A stretch of DNA of 64,000 bases, taken from Candidatus Latescibacterota bacterium (GTDB lineage: Bacteria > Latescibacterota > UBA2968). How positions within the stretch are numbered: the stretch's first letter is position 1; every line of letters starts with the position of its first letter. The position numbers were made by a program, and so were the translations under genes. Location: positions 1,888,001 to 1,952,000 of the forward strand of contig OZ220741.1 in NCBI GenBank assembly GCA_965116885.1, written 5' to 3'. The notes under the pieces were generated by a model. The model saw nothing but the letters and a program-made list of their open reading frames with translations. It had not been told where the DNA came from and made no database searches. Of the stretch, positions 38,543 to 47,625 are shown piece by piece.

Positions 38543-39451
38543 ATGCATAAAATTTCAAACCTCAAAATACCGGATCGGCTTAATCTGGACACTGGCTGGA
38601 GCATTGGTGAGACGGCGTTTGAGAGAATTACAACCACGCTTCTTGAGATGTCTTCAGTAGAAAGAATTCTCGAATTTGGAAGTGGTCCGAGTTCTATCCG
38701 TCTGGCAATGGCGTTCCCTGAAGCCGAGGTTCTGTCTATAGAAGGCGACTGGCGGAATTTTGCAGAGACCATGAATCTGATGCGAACATTATGGGATAAG
38801 CGCAATCTGTCGATCAAATATCGTCCAATTACTCTTGAATCTTATGGAGATGCGGAATTTTTGACTTATGAAGATGGGATGTTCTGGGAGGAAGAGATAG
38901 ATTGCGTGATTATTGATGGTCCGCCTGTCTATACCTTGCGAGGTCGGGAGGCGTGTCTTTACCAGGTTTATGATCAGATCAAGATTGGTGGTCGGGTTAT
39001 TCTGGACGATTTCAGAAGGTCTTATGAGAAGCAGATTGTTGAGAATTGGCTGTCCGTCTATCCCGGTAGTTTTACAGTGGAAATTATACGCGAAGACCAC
39101 CATCTGGCCGTGCTGCGTAAGGCCAGATCCACGACACCATGTTGGGATGCGCCTTCCAGATTGTCGGATGTTCAGTCTGTCAGTGAGACGCGCGCCCGAA
39201 TAGCAACGGCATTATCCCTTGTTGATGATGTGTATTTGAGAGCACTGGCTAAAGTGAATAATTGCTGTGAGACAGATCTGACTGGTTTGTTCAATACCCT
39301 TCGCAATATCTATGAGGTTACATCTGGGCGCATCCAGGAGTCCACGAGCCGACATTCTACCCTCCCACCAGACGCGAAAAAAAGAAAACAGAATGCCTGT
39401 TATATGACAATCGTCAATGCGTTTTTTCGAGACTTCCAGTTTTCACATTAA
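38543..39451 (+). CDS. Class I SAM-dependent methyltransferase-like protein
   Basis: ILEFGSGPSS, SIEGD, IIDGPP, VILDD. Confidence 0.75.
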   Translation: MHKISNLKIPDRLNLDTGWSIGETAFERITTTLLEMSSVERILEFGSGPSSIRLAMAFPEAEVLSIEGDWRNFAETMNLMRTLWDKRNLSIKYRPITLESYGDAEFLTYEDGMFWEEEIDCVIIDGPPVYTLRGREACLYQVYDQIKIGGRVILDDFRRSYEKQIVENWLSVYPGSFTVEIIREDHHLAVLRKARSTTPCWDAPSRLSDVQSVSETRARIATALSLVDDVYLRALAKVNNCCETDLTGLFNTLRNIYEVTSGRIQESTSRHSTLPPDAKKRKQNACYMTIVNAFFRDFQFSH

Positions 39452-39507
39452 GGGGCAGTAATTCCCAGTTGCGAATAACGATTTGATTGAACGCGTTGTG
39501 GAAAGGG

Positions 39508-39557
39508 TTGGTGGCATTTTAAACCTTCTTGCTCTTAAGCGATAAAATGTCCGCCAA
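39508..39557. repeat. 50-bp direct repeat, copy 1 (att-like)
   Basis: TTGGTGGCATTTTAAACCTTCTTGCTCTTAAGCGATAAAATGTCCGCCAA, identical at 41659-41708. Confidence 0.92.
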
Positions 39558-39670
39558 AATGAGGCAAGTCCAACCTTTTTACAGAACTTTTCGGACTTGT
39601 TCTTTTTGATTCTGGGTACTGCGTGTACTACCAACCCACCGCGACAACGTTTATGGAAGGAGAAGTAGCG

Positions 39671-41530
39671 ATGTATCGAAAGAACTTCACTGAACTGACC
39701 TCCACCGAGCTAAGCCGCCTAGCCAACGCCCTCAACGCTCTGTGGGAGGACGGCACCATCTCGGCTAATGCAATCCTGCACAATGAAAACTTCAGAAAAG
39801 GCATCCACTGGGGGCCTGCTTTCTTGCCATGGCACCGTGACTTCTTGCTCAAGTTCGAGCAGGCCCTACAGGGTATTGACCCCACTGTGACGTTGCCCTA
39901 CTGGGACTGGACCCGGTCTGACTCACGGAACCTGAACTCAGGCCCTTGGAAGACATTCTTTGGGGGCCGCAACAACAAAGATGGCCGGTTCGATCACTGG
40001 ACCTACACTCGGCGGCTGACCGATCCGCCGCCTGAGGTCAGTGATCCTCTCCCTGAGCTTGCCGATATCATCGCCGAGTTGCAGGCCACCACCTTCACAG
40101 CCTACCGCGCCATGGAGGGGAATGGAGGCAGTCATGTGCCAGGCCATACCTGGACCGGCGGCTCCATGAGGGGGGGTAACTCACCGTTCGATCCCTTGTT
40201 CTATCTCCACCACTGCAACTTGGACCGACTGTGGGCCATCTGGCAGCAAAACAATCCAGGGGCGGAGCAATACAACCACATCGACGCAATAAGCAGTGAC
40301 AGTGTGGATGCTGCCAGGGTGCCTCTGAACGGTCAGATGATTGGCGGATCCACGCCAGCCTCCATGCTGAATCACAGCGACCTGGGATATCGCTATGAGC
40401 GCGACGTACTCTTGGAGATCGCTTGGTTTGAAGGCGGCCATGGCAACTTGCAAACAGGAGACCCGCGCGATGTCGATGTGTACATCCGAGATGCCTCAGG
40501 CGACACTGGGGAGACCCCAAGCCCGAAAATTCACTGGGCATCGCCAGACATCTGGGTACGCAACGAAGACCCTACGAAAGACGGCGAGAATCCCGACGAC
40601 GGACACCAAGTTCCAATCGTGAACACTGAAAACTATCTGTATGTGCGGATACATAACCGAGGCACTGAAGACTCAGGCCAACAGGAAGTGACCACATACC
40701 ACTGCAATCCTGGCACTACTATGCTGTGGTCAGACCACTTTACACCTATATCCACGATACCTGTAGATAACGTCCCGAGTGGGCAATCAGTACGTGTGGG
40801 TCCATTTAAATGGGTCCCCACTGTTGTTGATCATGAGTGCTTGCTGGCCATCACTTCCGGGGTCAATGATCCGTCCGTGGTGCCTCAATTCATTGGTAAC
40901 GTACCTCACTGGAAACTCGTGCGCTTCGCCAACAATGTAGGACAACGCAATGTTGCCCCGATTCGCATACCCTTAGGTATGGGGGCCCGCAGTGCTATGA
41001 GAGTAAGTGGTTCAGTGCATAAGACAAACAACCGGCTCCGTCTGGACGCCACTAAATTTCCAAAGGACACTGCTATTCAAGTTAGGGTACCCAACAGCGT
41101 GGCGGACAATGCACAGATGACCAGGCTCGCCTCCCTGTCTCGAAACAGCCGCTTCTCCACACTGTCCTTGAGGGGTGGCACTGCTGGAGTCATAGACACC
41201 CTCCCATTGCGTGCTCGACAAGACATCAACATGATCCTGGCCTTCGACTTCTCTATCCTGTCTGTCCCCAGCCAGCAGTACCCATTCATAGCGACCCAGT
41301 GGCAGGATGGCCAGCTTGCAGGACAACTCACCTTGGATGTAATCGCTGTCAAGGACCCCGAGGATTTCGTGTATGGCAACATCCGCTCCAAGGAGCTTCA
41401 TACAGTTAAGTGCCCTTTCTGGCCCCACTTATCCGACCGGAATAAGCGTCCCTTTGGCAGCATCAAGGAAGGGCTGGCCCGTGGCTACAATGGCTGCGCG
41501 TTCTGCCTGGCGGACTACCATACGGACTGA
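39671..41530 (+). CDS. Tyrosinase-domain fusion protein with C-terminal Ada-like Zn-binding domain
   Basis: CuA H..HWGPAFLPWHR, LPYWDW, CuB HVPGH..DPLFYLHH; middle SPDIWVRN domain; C-terminal ELH..C..GYNGCAFC. Confidence 0.88.
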   Translation: MYRKNFTELTSTELSRLANALNALWEDGTISANAILHNENFRKGIHWGPAFLPWHRDFLLKFEQALQGIDPTVTLPYWDWTRSDSRNLNSGPWKTFFGGRNNKDGRFDHWTYTRRLTDPPPEVSDPLPELADIIAELQATTFTAYRAMEGNGGSHVPGHTWTGGSMRGGNSPFDPLFYLHHCNLDRLWAIWQQNNPGAEQYNHIDAISSDSVDAARVPLNGQMIGGSTPASMLNHSDLGYRYERDVLLEIAWFEGGHGNLQTGDPRDVDVYIRDASGDTGETPSPKIHWASPDIWVRNEDPTKDGENPDDGHQVPIVNTENYLYVRIHNRGTEDSGQQEVTTYHCNPGTTMLWSDHFTPISTIPVDNVPSGQSVRVGPFKWVPTVVDHECLLAITSGVNDPSVVPQFIGNVPHWKLVRFANNVGQRNVAPIRIPLGMGARSAMRVSGSVHKTNNRLRLDATKFPKDTAIQVRVPNSVADNAQMTRLASLSRNSRFSTLSLRGGTAGVIDTLPLRARQDINMILAFDFSILSVPSQQYPFIATQWQDGQLAGQLTLDVIAVKDPEDFVYGNIRSKELHTVKCPFWPHLSDRNKRPFGSIKEGLARGYNGCAFCLADYHTD

Positions 41531-41658
41531 TCGTTGTGACGGCGTCCAGCGGTCAGACCCGCCGGGCCCTGAAGAGAGTCCCGTCTCGATATTGAAGAAT
41601 CGGATCATAAAACTCTGTACGCGGGAGTTCGGGCGGCAAGGCGTTGTTGAGGAATGGT

Positions 41659-41718
41659 TTGGTGGCATTTTAAACCTTCTTGCTCTTAAGCGATAAAATG
41701 TCCGCCAATGTCCGCCAA
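41659..41718. repeat. 50-bp direct repeat, copy 2, with an extra tandem TGTCCGCCAA
   Basis: Identical to 39508-39557, followed by a 10-bp duplication. Confidence 0.92.
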
Positions 41719-41758
41719 AACGGGGCAAGTCCATCATTACAGTGAAGGATGGATCAGC

Positions 41759-43510
41759 ATGAAGGACACATCAAAAGATGAGGCCACTTTGAAATCTACT
41801 CGGATCGGTCTTGCTCTTTCTGGCGGCGGGTTTCGAGCTTCCATCTTCCACCTGGGAGTGATTCGCCGCCTCGAAGAACTCGGAATCATGAAGTACGTCC
41901 ATACGATCTCTGCTGTTTCGGGTGGCTCAATTATAGCAGCCTATTACGCGATCGAGATGGAGAAGCGCCTGCGTCAACGCCGGGAAGAGTTGGCAGATAA
42001 TCCTGACCAGCTCGACGAGATCCGACTTCAGATATTCGAAGAAATCGCCGACTGTTTTTTCCAAGCCCTTAACCACAACCTGCGGTCCCGAGCGATGATG
42101 TTCGGTCCCTTCTACCATCCAATTCTCTTTCTCAAGAGCTTGTGGCCTTCTTGTTCCCGTTCCGACATAATGCAGAAAGAATACGACAATTGGTTTTATC
42201 ACGACGATACGCTGGACCATTTGCCCTCAGTCACTTTACGCCACAACGATGCACGTTCCGAAGAAGAGAAGAGCCCTCTTTTCTTCGCTGGACCGGAGGT
42301 TGTACTGAACACGACATCGTTGCTTACAGGTGAGCGAATAGGGTTCAGCCGAGATCCGGTATCCCGCCTGCAAGAACTTCATCGGGTAAATCAGAATACG
42401 TTGAAGTTGTCGAAGGTCGTAGGAGCATCTTCCGGAGTACCCGGCCTATTTCCCCCTACGACAATATGGGGAGACAAACTTGTAGATGGGGGCGTCGCAG
42501 ACAACCAGGGAATAGATGCTTTGGTTGGCCTTGATCGCTTACTGGATGACGAAGAAAGTTCAGTGACAGGCTGTGACGATTTCGATGTCCTGCTCGTCAG
42601 CGATGCCTCCGGACAGATGGAGTCGGTTCATCGACAAGGAAATCGGGCATTCGCCGTTATGGGTCGAACCTTTTCCATCTTTCAGTTTCAGCTTCGGAGA
42701 AAAATGCTCAAGATACTCCGTTTGTGGCAGAGAAAGGACAGCAGCAGTCGTGAATTTGCGTTTGTGCATTTGTTTTTAAACCTCAAGGATAGGCCCAACA
42801 CGCCGCGCGTACCTTCCGAATACATCCCCGCGTTGGGTGGTATCCGAACTGATCTGGATCAGTTTAGTTTCATTGAACGAGAAGTCTTGATGTACCACGG
42901 CTATACTCTCATTAACGCACAGATCCAAAAGTATTGTGAAAGGTTAAAGGCAATCATCGGCAACAAGACCGGTGACTTACCAAAGTTGGCACAACCGCCT
43001 CTCTTTCTTGACCGGCCAAGTTCAGACCCGGCTGCCGAGAAATGCGTCAGCGAAACCAGGCTACGAAAGCGCGTGAAGGATGTGTTGGTAGCCGGGAGCG
43101 GTCGTGTGTTCTTATATCGTTCGTGGCGAAAGTATCGCAAGAAATCATGGCTGGTCTTTTTCCCTGCCCTGTTATTGTTTCTCGGAGGTTGGTGGGCTAT
43201 TCGGTACCATTTGGAGTCGCTCTACGCTCTCACCTTGCTATTCGAGAGATGGTTGTCCCGTATCATGCCTGATTGGGTGCGGTGGGTTTTGGAGAAGATC
43301 GTCGGGAGCAGCAACTTTCCTCTGGACACTCAAGAGCTAACGTTCGTAGGCTGGATTGCCTTGTGGCTTTATGTTGTTGCGTTTCTGACGTACGTGGCGA
43401 TGCGACGGATGATCAGGCGATGGGATCACAGGGACTATCAGTCACTGACCGATAAGGACTACACCATTCACTGGACCACAAACGACGCCTCTTCAGAGGA
43501 TCGGCGATGA
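41759..43510 (+). CDS. Patatin-like phospholipase with C-terminal membrane helices
   Basis: LALSGGGFRA, AVSGG nucleophile, DGG; two hydrophobic segments near the C-terminus. Confidence 0.88.
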   Translation: MKDTSKDEATLKSTRIGLALSGGGFRASIFHLGVIRRLEELGIMKYVHTISAVSGGSIIAAYYAIEMEKRLRQRREELADNPDQLDEIRLQIFEEIADCFFQALNHNLRSRAMMFGPFYHPILFLKSLWPSCSRSDIMQKEYDNWFYHDDTLDHLPSVTLRHNDARSEEEKSPLFFAGPEVVLNTTSLLTGERIGFSRDPVSRLQELHRVNQNTLKLSKVVGASSGVPGLFPPTTIWGDKLVDGGVADNQGIDALVGLDRLLDDEESSVTGCDDFDVLLVSDASGQMESVHRQGNRAFAVMGRTFSIFQFQLRRKMLKILRLWQRKDSSSREFAFVHLFLNLKDRPNTPRVPSEYIPALGGIRTDLDQFSFIEREVLMYHGYTLINAQIQKYCERLKAIIGNKTGDLPKLAQPPLFLDRPSSDPAAEKCVSETRLRKRVKDVLVAGSGRVFLYRSWRKYRKKSWLVFFPALLLFLGGWWAIRYHLESLYALTLLFERWLSRIMPDWVRWVLEKIVGSSNFPLDTQELTFVGWIALWLYVVAFLTYVAMRRMIRRWDHRDYQSLTDKDYTIHWTTNDASSEDRR

Positions 43511-43520
43511 GGATGAATAT

Positions 43521-43748
43521 ATGGAACGCTATAGAAACAGAGGCGGTGATTCTGGAATCGTAGCCTACGAGATAGGACCTGATTCCATCACGGTGATGTT
43601 TAGTGATAGATCCATCTATCTCTATACGTATCAGAGCGCGGGGAGTGCTAACATTGAGCGCATGAAGCGATTGGCTATTGCCGGTAAGGGCCTGCACAGC
43701 TTCATTAATCGTCGTGTTAAGAAAAAATACGCCAGAAGGCTCCGCTAA
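43521..43748 (+). CDS. Small KTSC-like hypothetical protein
   Basis: SGIVAYEIG..ITVMF..IYLY..GKGLHSFIN pattern; GAGG RBS. Confidence 0.7.
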   Translation: MERYRNRGGDSGIVAYEIGPDSITVMFSDRSIYLYTYQSAGSANIERMKRLAIAGKGLHSFINRRVKKKYARRLR

Positions 43749-43813
43749 AAAAATTTAATCTATTAAAATCCAAAGCATTCAATACCAGTTGGATCTTCAG
43801 AAAAGAGAATCGT

Positions 43814-44566
43814 ATGTTCAAATTTCTTATTCCTTGCCTGTTAGTTTTTTCTGGACTTACTAATGCCTATGGACATGGAGGAGGTTTGGATCAGAATGGA
43901 GGGCATTGGGATCGAAAGGCTGGAACTTACCATTATCACCGTCCCCGTTCAGGAAGCTCAGAGAACTCACAGAGATCACAAAATTCACTCGTGCAAATGA
44001 ACAAAAATACAAAAGATATATCTATGTTAGGGGTTCAAGTATCTGGCATCCTTGCTTCGCTGACGAATATACAGTCTAGGATTTCAACACTGGAAGCAAT
44101 GGTGGAGAGTAAATTATCCAGACTTCTCACCCGCGTAGATAGTATTCAGATTGCAAGGCCAGAGATAAAAAGAGAAACAATTGTAAGGTGGATAAATGAT
44201 CCTGTATCTATAGGGTGGAGTACCAGTTCTGATCAAACTGATTATAGTACCGCACAATTCAGTTTCAGGTTATCAGACTTCGCCGAAGATATGAAAATAG
44301 ATGTTTCGGAAGTGGAAAATTATACGTATTTCGTTTTAGATATTGCTTTGGGAACAGGAGAAGATGGCTTACCGACGCCCAATGTTGCTGTCCCTGTGCA
44401 TCTTGCGACCGCATTTTCGTCTGTTCTGTCAGAGGATCGTATAATTTTTGTTTTGGAAGTAGAGCCAAAGGACTTTTATAGAGATAAAATTGAGTCTGTT
44501 CAATCTCTAAGTAATCGTACTCGACCAAGAAATTCATATCTTCACCTTCTTGCTGTTAGGAAATGA
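43814..44566 (+). CDS. Secreted YHYH-motif protein
   Basis: Signal peptide then HGGGLDQNGGH..TYHYH. Confidence 0.75.
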   Translation: MFKFLIPCLLVFSGLTNAYGHGGGLDQNGGHWDRKAGTYHYHRPRSGSSENSQRSQNSLVQMNKNTKDISMLGVQVSGILASLTNIQSRISTLEAMVESKLSRLLTRVDSIQIARPEIKRETIVRWINDPVSIGWSTSSDQTDYSTAQFSFRLSDFAEDMKIDVSEVENYTYFVLDIALGTGEDGLPTPNVAVPVHLATAFSSVLSEDRIIFVLEVEPKDFYRDKIESVQSLSNRTRPRNSYLHLLAVRK

Positions 44567-44597
44567 CGTAAGAGGATGACCAACCAGGGAGATTTGA

Positions 44598-44999
44598 GTG
44601 ATGATACAGTATTACTATAAGCGGTATGGCGAGGACAGAGTTAATATGATGTCGGAAGCACTTGATGATGCAATGGAGATGTCACCATGCCACTTGATCC
44701 TGTGCATACATACGAAGAGCCAGTTGGACCAGGCAGACAGTATTATCGATGCCCTACCGAATGACTTGGTAAAGGACCTCCAGAAGAATAACGAGGGGAC
44801 CTATCGGCAGGTCAATATGTATCTCTTGACGGAGAGAATTACCCCAAGCGTGCAAGGGGGCGTAGCAATTGCACCATTCGTCAATCCCGAGTTAATTTCT
44901 CGTATAGAGCATTGTGCCCCTAATGCAATTATCTACATTCCTTGGGGAGAGAGCGAGCTTTCTGCATATCAGGCTCAGACAAATGTCGAAGAGATATAA
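44598..44999 (+). CDS. Hypothetical protein
   Basis: 133-aa ORF with GGAG RBS; no motif recognised. Confidence 0.55.
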   Translation: MMIQYYYKRYGEDRVNMMSEALDDAMEMSPCHLILCIHTKSQLDQADSIIDALPNDLVKDLQKNNEGTYRQVNMYLLTERITPSVQGGVAIAPFVNPELISRIEHCAPNAIIYIPWGESELSAYQAQTNVEEI

Positions 45000-45103
45000 G
45001 AGGGAATGATACCTGCGAAGGACCTCACTCTTCTATCCACAATTCGAGGGTTTGTATCGCGATTTAGCTAAACGATACGAATAAAAATCACATTTCAATT
45101 TGG

Positions 45104-45138
45104 AGCCTGACGGTCTCCACTAAACCGTTGGGCTTTTT
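45104..45138 (+). terminator. Intrinsic terminator
   Basis: AGCCTGACGG-loop-CCGTTGGGCT followed by TTTT. Confidence 0.65.
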
Positions 45139-45326
45139 CTGTTAAGGTTTCGCTACTGACTTTTCAAGTGCTTTTATTTTTTTCAAAGTTGTGGAGATGC
45201 TGAGCGGATTCCGTCAGTTTAATCAACCTCTTGTGGCCTGATAATTATTATTAACCTAAATTATTAAGAGAAATACTTATGATCAGATTGCAACCGTAAA
45301 CACAATTCATTGCAATAGGAGGGTCA

Positions 45327-46007
45327 ATGGACAAGCAGCAAATTTTGATTGTAGATGATGAACCACTGGTAATATCAGAGCTTGTAGGATTTTTGAGAGA
45401 TGAACCTTATGAGATATTCACCGCGAGAAATGGGATAGAAGGTTTTGAAATTTTAAGAAAAGAGGAGATCGCCCTTGCCGTCGTCGAGATGAAGATAAAG
45501 GATATGGATGGAATAACGCTGTTGAAGCGTGTGAAGGAGGAGAAAATTCAAACGGTTATGCTGATCATGACAAGTTCGGGGAACATGGAATTGGGCGCGG
45601 AAGTGATCAAGGCTGGCGCAGTGAGTGTATTTGATAAACCGATAGAAAAAGATGTGTTTTTGGCGAAGGTCAAAAAATATATACCTCTGCAAGATATTTG
45701 GAAGACCTGGTTGGAATCATTTTTGGAGGCTAATTACAGCAATCCAAAGCTGAGATTTGAAGATGTCATGGGTCATTTCAGGTTCTCGGAAAGCTATGGA
45801 TATAAATTGTTTAAGAAGCACCTGGGAATGTCATTCCGGATGTGCCTTCGGAATGTACGCCTGACAAAGGCTGAGGAAGCGTTGAAGAACACATCATATA
45901 CCCTTTCAGAAATTGCTTGCCTGTGTGGGTTTGCATCTTTATCGACTTTTAGCAAGGTTTTCAAAGAGACGTATGGGGTTAGTCCGACCACATATCGAAA
46001 AAAGTAG
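45327..46007 (+). CDS. Receiver-domain + AraC HTH transcriptional regulator
   Basis: ILIVDDE receiver (Glu at the apparent phospho-acceptor position, AVVEMK); EIACLCGFASLSTFSKVFKETYGVSPTTYR. Confidence 0.92.
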   Translation: MDKQQILIVDDEPLVISELVGFLRDEPYEIFTARNGIEGFEILRKEEIALAVVEMKIKDMDGITLLKRVKEEKIQTVMLIMTSSGNMELGAEVIKAGAVSVFDKPIEKDVFLAKVKKYIPLQDIWKTWLESFLEANYSNPKLRFEDVMGHFRFSESYGYKLFKKHLGMSFRMCLRNVRLTKAEEALKNTSYTLSEIACLCGFASLSTFSKVFKETYGVSPTTYRKK

Positions 46008-46098
46008 CGACTGGAACAAATTTTTGCAGGTTAGGACAAACTTTCGGGCTTGGAACTTAAGAGCAATCAAATCATATTATCATCCACATCACAAAAAA

Positions 46099-46135
46099 GC
46101 TGCCGACAGACCCTAACAGGTCGAGTGTCGGCGGT
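46099..46135 (+). repeat. Leader hairpin motif, copy A
   Basis: GCTGCCGACA-GACC..GGTC-GAG-TGTCGGCGGT. Confidence 0.85.
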
Positions 46136-46220
46136 AAGCAGCATCTTGAGTTATAAGAGAACCCTTGCACATTCAAAAGATAGTGTTGATGAGAATAATC
46201 GGATCCGAGCGGATAACACA

Positions 46221-47567
46221 ATGGCTATAACAGAAAGAGAGCTTCTGGAAATTGCCGATTCCAGACAGATGCTGAAAGAAAAAATCGCATCGCACGAAGC
46301 GCGGATAGCGGTGATGGGATTGGGGTATGTGGGATTGCCTTTATCTGTGGCATTGGGCAAGGTGGGATTTTCCGTCACGGGAATCGATACATCGGCGCGC
46401 AAAGTAGATCTGGTGGAATCGGGAAAGTCCGATGTGCAGGGTGTATCGGAATTTGAAGTAGCAGGTCTCAAAGCTGTGGGAAAATTGACAGCAACGCGAG
46501 AATGCGATGTGCTCAATGAGGCCGATGTGATTGTGGTATGCGTGCCCACACCTTTAAATAAAACACGCGACCCGGATGTCTCGTTTATTTTGCAAGCATG
46601 TGGTGCAATCAAAGACCGACTGCGCTGCGGACAACTGGTGATTTTGGAGAGCACGACGTATCCAGGGACGACCCATGAACTGGTATTGCCCCTGCTCGAA
46701 GAAAGTGGCTTGAAAGTTGGTCGAGATTTTTTTCTGGTATTTTCTCCAGAGCGCGTCGATCCGGGCAATAAAGTTTATACCATCACCAATACGCCCAAAG
46801 TCGTGGGGGGTATTACCCCGTCTTGCACAGAAATAGGCACGCATTTTTACCGGCAATTGATCGGCGAAGTCGTACCGGTCTCATCAACCCAGGCTGCTGA
46901 AATGACCAAGTTGCTCGAAAATACTTTTCGCAGTGTAAATATCGGCCTGGTCAATGAAGTGGCACTGATGTGTGATCGCCTGAGGGTGGATGTTTGGGAA
47001 GTAATCGATGCCGCAGCGACCAAGCCGTTTGGGTTTATGCCGTTTTATCCCGGTCCTGGGTTGGGCGGGCATTGTATCCCGGTTGATCCGCACTTTCTGG
47101 CCTGGAAGCTCAAGACCTTGAATTACAATGCGCGCTTTATCGAATTGGCCAGTGAAGTCACGCGCAGTATGCCGGGCTATGTGGTCGAAAAAATCACCGA
47201 CGCACTCAACGAATACGAGCGGTGTTTGAAAGGCTCGAACATCCTGATATTGGGCGTGACGTATAAACCCGATGTGCGCGATATTCGCGAGTCGCCGGCA
47301 TTGGATATTATAGAAATGCTTCAGGAGAAAGGGGCGAAAGTCTCGTATTGCGATCCGTTTGTAGATCACTTGCAGACAGAAAATTTGGACTTGAAGAGTA
47401 CCTCTTTAAACAAAAAAAATATAACAGAAGCCCATTGTATGGTGATTGTGACGCATCACAGCGATTGGGATTATGAATGGGTCGTAAAGCACGCACGTTG
47501 TATTGTCGATACGCGCAATGCCACGCAGGCTGTATCTGGAAACAAAGATCACGTCTTTAAACTATAG
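46221..47567 (+). CDS. UDP-N-acetylhexosamine 6-dehydrogenase (WbpA/WecC-type)
   Basis: GLGYVGLP, CVPTP, ESTTYPG, SPERVDPG, KLLEN, GGHCIPVDP. Confidence 0.92.
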   Translation: MAITERELLEIADSRQMLKEKIASHEARIAVMGLGYVGLPLSVALGKVGFSVTGIDTSARKVDLVESGKSDVQGVSEFEVAGLKAVGKLTATRECDVLNEADVIVVCVPTPLNKTRDPDVSFILQACGAIKDRLRCGQLVILESTTYPGTTHELVLPLLEESGLKVGRDFFLVFSPERVDPGNKVYTITNTPKVVGGITPSCTEIGTHFYRQLIGEVVPVSSTQAAEMTKLLENTFRSVNIGLVNEVALMCDRLRVDVWEVIDAAATKPFGFMPFYPGPGLGGHCIPVDPHFLAWKLKTLNYNARFIELASEVTRSMPGYVVEKITDALNEYERCLKGSNILILGVTYKPDVRDIRESPALDIIEMLQEKGAKVSYCDPFVDHLQTENLDLKSTSLNKKNITEAHCMVIVTHHSDWDYEWVVKHARCIVDTRNATQAVSGNKDHVFKL

Positions 47568-47625
47568 CATTACAAGATTGCGCTTCTCCAGTCCAATCCT
47601 CGACAGATCACCTGACTAATTTGGG

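Noticed and set aside
39508..41718. Integron attC sites
   Set aside because: No RYYYAAC/GTTRRRY boundaries and no intI; the repeats are identical rather than structurally conserved variants.
46050..46220. N-terminal extensions in the ORF track (also at 28385, 7466, 15148, 41708)
   Set aside because: They run through leader motifs, repeats or upstream genes; downstream ATGs fit the family N-termini or RBS positions better.
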